From Octopus bimaculoides (taxonomy: Eukaryota): a stretch of DNA of 48,509 nt. Shown one piece after another: positions 23,338-35,677 of the stretch. A program made the position numbers and the translations under genes. Location of the stretch: NCBI RefSeq assembly GCF_001194135.2, contig NC_068998.1, forward strand, positions 50,291,995-50,340,503. The letters run 5' to 3'. The notes below the pieces were generated by a model, which saw nothing but the letters and a program-made list of their open reading frames with translations, ran no database searches and was not told the DNA's origin. Within the stretch, counting starts at the first letter, position 1; each line of letters opens with the position of its first letter.

Positions 23338-23799
23338 TGTATCTCATTTATGCTGCACTGCCACTCTCATTTCAGGAAACATGCAGCACACAAGATCGCA
23401 AGGCTGAATGTTTGAGAGACGCTTCAATAGCCAACATTTGGACCATAATCCACCTTTACAGACATCAAGTAAAGAAATAGTAAAATAGTTTTCATGACTC
23501 GTATGCCTCTTAAAAATCACATCACTACATAAATATTTCCAACTAATTTCGTTTATATTGTACTCTAACAAACTATGTACAGGCTGATTAATGTTGCGTG
23601 AGCCCTCCATTGAAAAAAATATGTCTCCTTCAATGCAAAACATTGGAAGTCGGTATTAACGGAAGATCAGAAATATTGTCTAATTAAGACCACGAATAAA
23701 AATTCAATGTTTAAAACCTTCAGAATAATCTCTCAGCGTAAACATACGCTGAGATCCAAAATTTTCCGACAAGTTATGCGAGAGCCTATATATATATTC

Positions 23800-23980
23800 T
23801 TTCATTATTTTATTATTTTGTTTCAGTAATTTCACTGTGGCCATGCTGAAGCACCGTCTTTAGTCGAACAAATTAAACGCAGTATATATTCTTTGTAAGC
23901 CTAGTAATTATTCTATCGGTTCTCTTTTGACGAACTGCTAGTTTACGTAGACGTACACACACCAGCATCCGTTGTCAACT
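23800..23980 (-). mobile_element. SINE family A 3' half, in G3 intron 1
   Basis: Reverse complement of the 35480-35677 copy (ggccatgctgaagcaccgtctttagtcga...aagcctagta.ttattctatcggt...acaccagcatccgttgtcaa). Confidence 0.8.
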
Positions 23981-24680
23981 TAGCACACTGCCACTCCTAT
24001 ATATATATTGAATGAACGATTGGTTGTGGTGATTAATACAGTGTCCAAAGGGTGTCAACAAAAGAAATGGGATAAGGATAGAAAGGACGAATGAGTGAAA
24101 CATTGGTGAGCAGAGTTTGCAAGAAAGCAGCACCGGTTAGTAAGATATGCTATTATTGTCGCGGCGGAGAAGACAGAGAAGGGGAACAGATAGAATCCAT
24201 GGGGTACAGGAACGGAGGCGCATCTATTATTACATTTACGCTAATCAGTCGGTTGTTACTTTTCTAAATGCAGTCCAAAACATCCCTTTTAGCAGCAGTT
24301 ATAATTTTTGATTTTATAGCTTGCCTCAAACATATGGAGTTTCAGAAACATAAAACGCTTATTTGACTGTGCATACGCATGCACAAACATACACGCATTT
24401 AATTTTGCATAATATATAACAGGACATAGGTGTGTGTGTGTGAGCATACATATACATAATTATATATATATATATATATNNNNNNNNNNNNNNNNNNNNN
24501 NNNNNNNNNNNNNNNNNNNNNNNNNNNNNNNNNNNNNNNNNNNNNNNNNNNNNNNNNNNNNNNNNNNNNNNNNNNNNNNNNNNNNNNNNNNNNNNNNNNN
24601 NNNNNNNNNNNNNNNNNNNNNNNNNNNNNNNNNNNNNNNNNNNNNNNNNNNNNNNNNNNNNNNNNNNNNNNNNNNNNNNN

Positions 24681-24728
<48 letters not shown>

Positions 24729-24935
24729 TGTGTGTGTGTATCTATCAATCTATCTATCTATCTCTCGCTCTCTCTTTCTCTCTCTCTCACACACACTCTC
24801 TCTTAGTGTTTGTGTAAGTGTGCACAGGTGGGTCCCTTTAGAAATATGTTAATAGTCAAATTGATGTTAAGGAATTCGACTCCAAGCTGCGATTCAATTT
24901 CGAACGAAAGGAAATAACTTTGTCAGATAACTCAC

Positions 24936-24972
24936 CGACAATAAGGAGACAGAGAAATACGACAAATTTCAT
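24936..24972 (-). CDS. G3 exon 1: signal peptide MKFVVFLCLLIV-G. The full G3 product is an 80-aa secreted protein with one 6-Cys module
   Basis: ATG AAA TTT GTC GTA TTT CTC TGT CTC CTT ATT GTC G|gtgagt, 37 nt. The joined CDS of 37+100+89+17=243 nt is open throughout. Confidence 0.88.
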
Positions 24973-25053
24973 ATTGGATTTGAGAATGAAACTTTGGTGC
25001 TCAGACAGGAAAAGATGATTGTTGAGATGTGTAGGCCTTCAATTAGACTTGTC

Positions 25054-25086
25054 TTATATAGAAGAATAATTTACACCAGATGTTCA
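25054..25086 (-). promoter_or_regulatory. G3 core promoter: TATATAA (25054-25060) and E-box TGAACATCTG (25077-25086)
   Basis: TATATAAGAC lies about 82 nt upstream of the ATG. The E-box 10-mer is identical to that of G2. Confidence 0.7.
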
Positions 25087-25742
25087 AAATCTCTGTGTCT
25101 CGATAATAAGTTGTTTTGTGTACAAGAAAAGACCTAAATTTTTAAAGTGCAACACGTAGAAATCAATGTGGCATCAGTACTTTTAACAGTATAGTTACCA
25201 TTATATTCTATTGCACGATCAAATTTTGTATTCGTAAGAACCTATATGCAGGTATCATGTGTACATTTGTGCAATTTTCGTATATTCATTTTCAAACGAA
25301 ATATAAAAGTGTTCAGTGGAAATTTCTATAGCACCCAAAATGAGAGTTTAGAATCATTAATGAAAGGGATATATATATGAAAAGGGATATATATATGAAA
25401 ATAAACATAAGGGATATTATGCACGCACAGGTATATACTCACATGTACAGGTGTATACACATATACTTCAACATATGCATTCCATTGGAAAAAAAAAATA
25501 TATATAAAGTATAACCTATACGTATGTAGACTTCTTTCTGTACTTCTACATATACACATTAGTATATATGTGTGTATATATATGTGTGTGCGTATAGGTG
25601 TGTGTATGTTTGTGAGTATACACATGCGCATGTGCATGCATGGGTGTACATAAATATGTTTATATATCTATATATCTATCTATCAATATATACATACATA
25701 GCGGTATACACACACACACACACGCACACACACACACACACA

Positions 25743-25830
<88 letters not shown>

Positions 25831-26619
25831 CATATGTATATATATACATATATATACACACACAAACACATATATGTGTGTGTATAACTGCCCTTAATAT
25901 AATAATGTATAAACAAACATACGTACGTACGTATGTACATACATACATGCAAGCATTCATGCATACAAACATACAGAGAGACATACTGTCTTTACAAATT
26001 TCTCTGTACTCTTCTGTAAATATTCTAGCAAGATTTTTCATTCGATCTCTACACTGTCTTCCACAACAAATCAGCTTCTTCCACCCTGGTCTCTCTTTAA
26101 TTAGAACCGGTTAGTATCAACTTTCGGCTGTTGAGCTATATACATTGGCAACATCTTTCTAGTTCTTCTTGCCATTCCATCCAATACAAATGCAATAGAA
26201 TTTCTTATGCACAGTATTACTACCAAATGTATTAAGAACGTATACTTTTTTAGATAGCTGTAATTTACATTCACAATATATTCGAAACAATGTTATTTCT
26301 TCTGTTTAAATGTCAATTCACACACATAATATCTTCTTGAGTTTTTAGTTCTTTCCAATCTCTTGAAATCAATTTGCATTATTTTACTAAGGTGAATTTC
26401 TTAATAAGTAGTTACATTTCAACAATGTCGGGAAGTGTCAAGACGCAATCGAACGCAATTGAATTCGAAATCCACAAAACCACGTACAAAATGATATTGA
26501 CAAGAAATAACAATCGTCTTGGCGTGATTATTTATTTGGTTATTTTTCAGAAATTTGCTGTACGCATATAATGCCACAAATACATAGGTGCGCACGTGTG
26601 TCTGTCTATATATATAAAT

Positions 26620-26718
<99 letters not shown>

Positions 26719-27049
26719 TGCGTGCGTGTATATGTTCTTATACATGTTTTAACGAATGATTTATATAGCTCCTTCAACACTCCATCTTCGATACATCTAC
26801 TTCGAATAAAATAAGCATTACATTATCAAATATATTTAATATATACGGTGCTCCAGCATGGCTGCAGTCACACGACTGAAACTAAAAAAAGAACACAAGA
26901 ACATATACACAGAAATAGGATCTCACAGAAACATCTGCCTCTACTTGTCTTTCGTCCTCTTTCTCTTTATCTATGTACAAGTAACTATAACTACAAATAT
27001 ATAACATACACATATATGAGAGCCCTTTAAATACGTATATGCCTGTCAT

Positions 27050-27390
27050 TTCTTCTTCATCTTCTATTTATCCTTCTTCTTATTCTTATTATATGAAAAC
27101 TCACAGCTTATTTTGCAGCGTATGATGGAAAGTTTCAGCTGTGCACAGCTAGCAGACTAAGGTAACACTTGTTTACTTGGTGATGCTTCAAGGAACCTGC
27201 GAAGAATTTTGCAGTTCCAGGCAATGCTGATTTTTGCAGGTCTTCTACCTTCACACTTGCACTGATCTTTTTCAGTCATGTTCGTAGTTGAGTGCTGATA
27301 CTTCCAAGCGCACCATTTACTATTGGTATCGCGTCTACTCTCTTCATTGAGTGGAGTACTGGGTCGATGTACCACCTCCCTCAACATTTC
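27050..27390 (-). mobile_element. 3' end of an RLE-type non-LTR retrotransposon (R4/Dong-like), decayed
   Basis: Translation RVDAIPIVNGALGSISTQLRT*LKKISASVKVEDLQKSALPGTAKILRRFLE matches the typical P-I-V-x-G-A-L-G...LQKxALxGTAxILR terminus. A simple-repeat tail follows. Confidence 0.75.
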
Positions 27391-27901
27391 TTTTAGCCAT
27401 CAAAGATAACTTTATCATTGTTGTTGTTCTTGTTGGTATTATAATTATTATTACTACTCTCATCGATAAATGTAGTTCATTATAATTTTTATTGCTGTTT
27501 CAACTGTATTATGTCGAGGATGGTATCTTCGTTTTGATAATCAAATTTATTTTATTGTTGTTACTAAGATTATATTTTTATGAAAGGATATATATTCTCA
27601 TACGTACATGGATGCATAGACATATGCATCTGAGTGTGTATGTATGTGTAGGAATGTGCGTGTGCGTGAGTGTGTATGTGTGTGTGTGTGTGCGTATGTG
27701 TGTGTGCGTGTGTGGCTCCATGCGTAACAGTGAATATTGAAATTACCGACACAAATTTTATTCCGCTCAAAATCGTACAATGTTTAAATTAGAAGACTTT
27801 TTATTGCTGCAGAATAATAATACTAAATGAAAAAGTATCTCCTTCATTGCCATTCTCTGCTTTGAGATTTCCCATAATCTCTCTCCCTTCTTCTACCCAC
27901 C

Positions 27902-27932
<31 letters not shown>

Positions 27933-28348
27933 TCTCTCTCTCTCTCTCCTGTTGTATTTATAAATATCTATTGTGTGCATGGGTTTCTCTCTCTCTCCCT
28001 CTCTTTCTANNNNNNNNNNNNNNNNNNNNNNNNNNNNNNNNNNNNNNNNNNNNNNNNNNNNNNNNNNNNNNNNNNNNNNNNNNNNNNNNNNNNNNNNNNN
28101 NNNNNNNNNNNNNNNNNNNNNNNNNNNNNNNNNNNNNNNNNNNNNATCAATTAGAGAAAAATTTGTAGTTTTTGAATCAGTAGTTCTTTGGCTGCTGTTT
28201 CTGAATTCTCAGTATGTTGGAGAAGCAGGATACTGCTAATCCCTATATATTTATGATTATAAATGGCTTTACCGATAAGGTTTTTTCATACTGAGCTACC
28301 CGGCAAAATTGTTAATTATTAATTTTATTACTAATTGACGATTCCCTG

Positions 28349-28387
<39 letters not shown>

Positions 28388-28585
28388 CATATATATGTGC
28401 ATATAAATATATATATTTCAGTTTGAGTTTGAGGTTGAGTAACCAACTAAGGGATAGTACCTATTCAATATACCGTTGGTAGTGTACCCAGTTATTCATA
28501 CCGAAGTACTAGTTATTGCGTGGCAATCTCGCAATTGAGTGTTATATATGGACCGGGGTAAAAAAAAGTGGTTTACCCTTGATTC

Positions 28586-28723
28586 ATACGGCAAATAAGA
28601 AAGTGGAGAGGATAGAAAACCGATAGACATCAACCGGTAAACGTTCCAGTATGTCTATTTATTACACTGTATTAGATGAATACATACACATGTGTATCCT
28701 CTCCACTTTCTTATTTGCCGTAT
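28586..28723. repeat. Perfect 29-bp inverted repeat with inner 8-bp stem
   Basis: atacggcaaataagaaagtggagaggata (28586-28614) pairs with tatcctctccactttcttatttgccgtat (28695-28723). Inner atagacat/atgtctat. Confidence 0.9.
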
Positions 28724-29612
28724 ATATATATATATATACATATATGAATCCATGTGTGTCTGTGCGCATATTGTTATATATGTTTGTTAGCGAGGCAGAA
28801 AGAATTAACTTTCTTAAGGATATTTTATTATTATTATTCTGTGGCTCATATTTTTAGATTTCGAACTAAATGTTATATGGAAAACGAGAAGTATAAATGA
28901 AGTTAAGAATACAAAGCCAACTATTGCTGGAAGAATGTAATAAAACAAACGAAACTAAAACTCGGAGAATTAATACCGATACAATTGCAGTAATTTGAAC
29001 AGATAGGATTATTTCTGCGATGGAACGATAACCATAATTAAAGTATTTTTTACTGACAGTTGGTAATTGTTGATAAATACGGACCGTTGTTTATAGCTAC
29101 ACAGAACGCCCAGCATGGATATTTCTGTAAAATTCTATGTTTGTGTGTGTGTGTGGGTGGGGTTGTACGTGTGTGGGGGGTTGTACGTGTGGGTGGTTGT
29201 ACGTGGAGGGGGGGTGCGTGTAAGTGTCCGTCACTATATATTTAATGTCGCCGTCTATACCTACATTCATGTGTAAATACTGTTCAACTCTCAAGTATTT
29301 TGTCGAGAACTCAAACTATATACATTAAGACACGGGAGCTGAAATATGCAGACATTTTAATCACACTATTCCAACTCTTTTTCTTTTGCAAATATAACAA
29401 TCCAATATATGATTTACATATGGCATTAATACTAAAAAAGCATGAATAAGAGACACCTAGAGACAATATAATAACATGTGCTGTCATTTCCATCCAATAA
29501 AATAATAAATCCATTCTCGTCAATCAAACAATCTCCAAAACCAATTCACAACATAATGTAAATACTCAGAAATCTAATCATTGTTTTCGACATAAGTTAT
29601 ACGGAATACTAT

Positions 29613-29614
29613 TA

Positions 29615-29672
<58 letters not shown>
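29613..29672. repeat. (TAA)n microsatellite
   Basis: Directly visible. Confidence 0.95.
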
Positions 29673-29675
<3 letters not shown>

Positions 29676-30185
29676 ATGAGTAACATAAATAAATAAAATT
29701 ATTGATGTTGGAATGTGACAACAGTGTACAAATGACTTGGAAAGAATTTACTATTCCATTTGCCGACGTTATCTAAATTGTAATAAGCCATTTGGGGAAC
29801 AAAATATGTTACATTAATTTCTGGAGATTGCCAATAACCTGAAAAAACTTAACGTGATGAAAAGAAAGCTACAACAATGTTTATTAAAATTTATTCATGC
29901 TATTAAATATTAAGTTGATAGATTCGATAACTTCGGGAAATTTGCATTTTAATATTGAGCATAAAATTTGTGATTGTTCATTCGACTGAGAGACGATGTT
30001 AGTAAACAAGCGGTGGTAAAAAAAGAAACATGAATATTATATAAGGTCTTACTACAATAACGATTATGCCACGATGTGCATGGGATTGTGAAAAAAAGAA
30101 TAATTTCGTTCCTTAAAAGGATTAAATCAATGAGCATTTTCATTAGTAATAATGTCAATAATAGTAATACTATAGGCACAGTCAC

Positions 30186-30356
30186 GTGTGTGTGGTACGA
30201 AGCTTGGTTCCCGATCGCATTGTTCCGGATTCAATCTCACTGCGTGGCAACTTGAAGTAGTGTCTTCTTTCGATTATAGTCACAGGCAGACGAAAGTCTT
30301 GTGAGTAAATTTGCAAGACGGAAGCGCATTAAAGCCCGTCGTATATATGTATATAC

Positions 30357-30404
<48 letters not shown>

Positions 30405-30600
30405 GTGTGTGAGTGGTGTTGTTTGTGTGTGCGTCTTTGTGTCTGTCTTTACCTTCTACCCTACCGCTTGACAGTCGGTGGCGGTGTGTTTATTTCCCCC
30501 TATTATAGCGGTTCGGCTAACACAGACCGTTAGGTTAAGTACTAGGTTCGATTTAACCTTTCACGGCGTTGCCCCAGTATGGCCGCAGTGAATATGACTG
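30186..30600 (+). mobile_element. Near full-length SINE family A with internal TA/TG microsatellite
   Basis: Head gtggtacgaagcttg...ccggattcaatctcactgcgtggcaacttg, body aagcccgtcgtatatatg, 3' half gcggttcggc...agtatggccgcagt. Confidence 0.8.
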
Positions 30601-32879
30601 NNNNNNNNNNNNNNNNNNNNNNNNNNNNNNNNNNNNNNNNNNNNNNNNNNNNNNNNNNNNNNNNNNNNNNNNNNNNNNNNNNNNNNNNNNNNNNNNNNNN
30701 NNNNNNNNNNNNNNNNNNNNNNNNNNNNNNNNNNNNNNNNNNNNNNNNNNNNNNNNNNNNNNNNNNNNNNNNNNNNNNNNNNNNNNNNNNNNNNNNNNNN
30801 NNNNNNNNNNNNNNNNNNNNNNNNNNNNNNNNNNNNNNNNNNNNNNNNNNNNNNNNNTATATATATATATATATATATATATATGGGGACGCTTTATTTG
30901 CGTAATAAATTTATACATTCAAAGCCGTCACATCGTTCTGTTAGTTCACATCATATCACTTTTTAATCAGAAATGCAAAATCTAACCTCAACCTATCTCT
31001 ATTATATTACTGAATACCGCAGGAAACCAATTGCGACATTCACCCGACCAATTTCGTCAAATCGGTTTGGAACCTATGACATACAGAAGAACGTAGATCT
31101 ACATAGTTAAGTATATGAAATGATCATTACCTCAATGTATTTGATTATAAACCTGCCTGACTAGATCTCAACTGTGTCAATACATCACCAATTGGAACTA
31201 CTTTAATAACAACATTGTCACCAGTATAGCTAATTCACTTCAGCTTATTACCTAGCATTCTTGTCTTAGCTTTCAGCAATTAATTACAAGCTACACATTC
31301 ATTCATTATAGTTTGACTATTGAATACGTATTAGCAATGATACTCATGTAAAAAAAAAAAAAACACTTTCTCACACCGAAGAACGTTTCACTAATTTTAG
31401 TTTACGGTATTTTCAAACAGGTGCTAGTACAACGCAGTGATTTCGTCTTGTAATGTTGTCCATTATGTTATCTTCGTGTTTCAAATGACATTCCGATGTT
31501 TCACGACTAATTATTGATCAAACTAATTGTTTGCACATCCGTTAATCAAAGGTAACACTAATTGTTATCTGACTTGGATAAATGAATTTATTTCTAACTT
31601 GCCACCTGATTGTCTTTAATAGAATTACATTCTATAATCAGCTGTTCTTCATTGTTTCTTATAGTGATGTTCTCTAATTTAATGCAGAATGTATTTATCC
31701 GCTAAGACTAGCAAATGAACCAACGAATAAGGTTCAATACAACGGAGGGACAATCTAACTCCACAACATTCAGGAACCATTAATGGAGTCTATACGCGGC
31801 CTCTAGGCCAATGGAAAATGTATCTACTTTTTTTCTTGGAGTCACTACTGAACGATGTAATTGTACACAGTAATCGTCTTTATGCACATGGTTTTGATGT
31901 TCCTGGCTGGATTGTCGTTGTTCAAAGGCCTACACGAAAAGGAATGAAGTGGAGCTAAACAACAATAAACCTATCTTAACATTTCTCTATATATAACAGT
32001 CGCTCCTAAAAGTTTGTTCTAAACGTCATATTCAGTAGAATTTCGGTTCGATTCCTTAACCAAGCATACAAGTTATGTTGGATCAAGTCACACAATTTCA
32101 AGTTATTTTATTCTCCACAGGGGAAGATGAATACTAACCTCGTGCTAGTGGGGAATCTCTCTCACTCATTTTCTCTCTCCCCTCTCTCTGTCTCTCAATG
32201 GGGCCGAGAAACATAATTATAAAAAGTAATTTCAGTACCAAGTTGATAATATAGATTTGCGTTATTCAACTTTACAAAAGGCGTGAATAATTTAAAATTC
32301 GCAGAGTGTTTGCATGCACAGCTGGGTCTTCTTTCTGAAACACATGATCCCATGTTAAGTCCCACTGTGTGGCACCTTTTGAAATTCATAAACGAGAACA
32401 ATGAACTATTTTCATAAATGACTGGTTGAGGATTTCAGACCAAAGGCAAAGAACAGATGAGTGTCATTCTTTACGAATTTGTTTTCACTGTTTTTATTCT
32501 ATTCGTTTTCTACTTTGCCTTTGGCATTCTTTATTGATTTTTGCTGAAACCCTCCAGCAATGGTCAACAGAAATTCAGAAACTATAGGATATTCATAAAC
32601 GTTACCGCTACATTGAATCACATTCTAAAATTAGTTATATGGTTCTGTTTTGTGACTACTTCCCAACGATACAATTGTATAACAATCCATTTTCACTTCT
32701 TTTAAACATAAGAACCATTAAACTTAATTCCTTCTGTGTTGGGTCTTTATGTGAAAATTATCAGATTTTCTCTGCGGGCACGGAGCTATTTGGAATCTGG
32801 ATCTGGGAGAAAAAAAATATGCTCGTAATTCAACTTTCAAAGAAAATGTCATTTATGCATATATATATATATATATAAC

Positions 32880-33240
32880 AATACTGAAGGGCGAATTCAA
32901 AGCAGAGACTGAAGGATTTTTAATTGCTGCACAAGACCAGAGCCTCCCCACCAGAAATTACCAAAAATACATAATGAAAAGAAATATAACAAGTAACTGT
33001 AGAATATGTGGAGATGGACAAGAAACAATAAATCATATTATCTCTGGCTGCCCAGTCCTGGCTNNNNNNNNNNTGTGGAGATGGACAAGAAACAATAAAT
33101 CATATTATCTCTGGCTGCCCAGTCCTGGCTAAGAAGGAATATATTCACAAGCACGACAGAGCTGGGACCTATATACACTGGAAGCTATGCCAACACTATG
33201 GAATAACAACAGAAAAAAGATGGTATAAACACACGCCAGA
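32880..33240 (+). mobile_element. R4/Dong-like non-LTR retrotransposon fragment with CCHC zinc knuckle
   Basis: KAETEGFLIAAQDQSLPTRNYQKYIMKRNITSNCRICGDGQETINHIISGCPVLAKKEYIHKHDRAGTYIHWKLCQHYG contains CxxC-x8-H-x4-C. 57 nt are duplicated across the 33064-33073 gap. Confidence 0.85.
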
Positions 33241-33242
33241 AA

Positions 33243-33314
33243 GTGAGAGTGATGAAAATCAAACATCCACTGAACATCATGGTGTTTAGAGTGATCACTA
33301 GTGATGGTAACGTG
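33243..33314 (+). mobile_element. Tc1/mariner transposase fragment
   Basis: VRVMKIKHPLNIMVFRVITSDGNV resembles the KTKHPxxVMVWGVIxSDG motif after the first catalytic Asp. Confidence 0.55.
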
Positions 33315-33417
33315 CTATAGTAGGAAGACACTTGCCTAAGGTGCCACGCAGTGGGAATCAACCCGGAACCATGTGGTTCAGAAGCAAGCTTCTAACCACA
33401 TAACCACACCTGCGCCT
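33314..33417 (-). mobile_element. SINE family A 5' tRNA-like head
   Basis: Minus ggcgcaggtgtggttatgtggttagaagcttgcttctgaaccacatggttccgggttgattcccactgcgtggcaccttaggcaagtgtcttcctactatagc. Confidence 0.8.
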
Positions 33418-34104
33418 GTATATATATATGTGCGTGTGTGTGTGTGTATGTGCGTGTGCGTATGAATCAGTATGTATATATTTACTACCACATCTGTGTA
33501 TATAGGTGTGTGTGTGACTGTTCGCGACAGTGTGTGAAAACTCATGTAACATTATGACGCAAATTTTTAATTGATATTTAAAAAGTGATATGCGTAATCA
33601 TTTGTCAATCGCTGGCCCTCAGTCTACTAAATTCCTGTGAAGAAATAATACGGTATTCATGTGATATCCCTCAAATGGACTGTCTGTAGACAGCTTATTT
33701 CATCAGAACATCTGTAATCAACGGGTAAAAGCTTAATTACATGCATGTGTACTTTTCTGAGATTATGTCTGTGTACCTGAATGTACATGCGATACTAAGT
33801 GGTAAAAAGTTTGAATAAACAGAAATATGTTCACGTGGGCATCGTAATTGAATTTTCTTCCCTGCACAAAAGGAGAATTTTGTGAACTAAACAATATAGG
33901 AAAGATTTCTAAAAGAAGACTAAGTAAATGAGAAAAGAAATAGAATATTCCATATGGTGTGTTTATCTTCAGTTAATGTGTGCTTTCATAACCGTCTGCA
34001 TATATACAATTATAATACATATGTGTGTGTGTGAATGTGTGTGCGTGTATCTGTGTGTGTCTGTATGTGTCTGTGTGTGGGTGCGTGTGTGTGTATACAC
34101 ATAC

Positions 34105-34150
<46 letters not shown>

Positions 34151-35417
34151 CTGTGTGTGTGTGTGTGTGTGTGTATGTGTGTGTGTGTCTGTGTGTGTGT
34201 GTGTGTGTACATATATATACGTATACACTCACACACAAACATATACATACACACGCAGAAAGTGGAAGACATGCAGATGATATACATCATATTTGCCTTA
34301 ACTAATAGGCTTTTACTCTTGGTGCAGATGTTAATGCACCACACTGTCCGTATACACACACATACACCCAGTGTGTATAAATTAGTTCGAATGGATACAT
34401 TAATGCGCATTTATAATGAGACATATATAAGTACAAATGTAATTGTAAACAAATATTTATATCGTGTACTAATTACTAATAACAGTTACAATATGTTTAT
34501 TATTAATGAGACTAATTGTTTCTGATATAGTTAGATGATTGACAATGCTGAATATAAAGTTAGAGATATCAAGTGAATTAAAGTTAGAGATAGCAAAGTT
34601 AACCTCGGCCCGCTTCCAGCATAGAAAACAATAATACGAAACATATACTACATGGCAAATTTCCGAGCGCTAAAAATTCTGACAGCTACACTCTTTAATT
34701 TCTAATGCTAAAAATAATCTTTTTTGCGTGACAATCGACATTGTAATGGCTGACCTTGGCGAAGAATCGGTATACTTACAAGCAAAGGCCAAAAGTTTGC
34801 GGCTCTAAAATGTGTAATTAAGAGAAAAGACAAAGAGATGGAGAGTGTTAGCGGTGAGAGACAGGAGAAAGTGATTACCTTCATTCTTGAAGAAAAAGAC
34901 TAAGGAGAAGAGAACCTGTTTAGGACAGAACTGTGTGATATAGTTTAGAGAGGAGGAAAAGAGAGAGGGAGAGGGCAGGAAGACTGTCTGTCTTTCTGTG
35001 TTTGTGTGTATTTGTACGAGTGCATGTGCATGTGTATCCCCTTATCCATGTGCGTACGTACATATATATATATACGTACTTACGTACGTGGGTAGACAGG
35101 TGGTCTAGGCGAAATGAAACACTGAAGACGAAATACAATACTTATTATTATAATCATGTCCAAAATGGCTGGACCCCTTTGAGATTATATATGCGCAACA
35201 TCTTTTCGACTGTGGCTGTTTTATGTGCTGGCGACTTATTTGAATTTTGCAGACATCAGCACATGTCTGCAAAGAAGGTAAATTCTATAAACAAGAAGAA
35301 CCATGGTTGTATACAATCGTTGATCCGGTGGTAGTTTCAACGAAATAGTCATAAACAACTAGAATCACCGGTGCATCAAAATCTCTGACGTCACTATATA
35401 TATATATATATATGTAT

Positions 35418-35464
<47 letters not shown>

Positions 35465-35479
35465 TGTTTGTGTGTCTAT

Positions 35480-35677
35480 GTTTGCACCCCCACATAGCTT
35501 GACAACCGATGCTGGTGTGTTTACGTCCCCGTAACTTAGCGGTTCGGCAAAAAACCGATAGAATAAGTACTAGGCTTAGAAAGAATAAGTCCTGGGGTCG
35601 ATTTGCTCGACTAAAGGCGGTGCTCCAGCTTGGCCACAGTCAAATGACTGAAACAAGTAAAAGAGTAAAAGAGTAAA
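35480..35677 (+). mobile_element. SINE family A 3' half, young copy with (GAGTAAAA)n tail
   Basis: cttgacaaccgatgctggtgtgtttacgtccccgtaacttagcggttcggc...ggcggtgctccagcttggccacagtcaaatgactgaaacaagtaaaagagtaaaagag. Confidence 0.85.

Noticed and set aside
23344-23460. KRLSNIQPCDLVCC resembling the B1 start RLSMIRSC
   Set aside because: No pyrimidine-rich acceptor, wrong Cys spacing and no 89-nt exon with donor. Probably chance.
27757-29340. Possible tail exon (29339) and terminal exon (27806, AATAAA) of a fourth intact paralog
   Set aside because: No A, B or signal-peptide exons were found upstream in the visible sequence, and the donor after the putative stop is weak.
32422-32565. Imperfect inverted repeat (ccaaaggcaaag/ctttgcctttgg plus outer stem)
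   Set aside because: Short interrupted arms in AT-rich DNA, weaker than the two reported hairpins. No functional argument.
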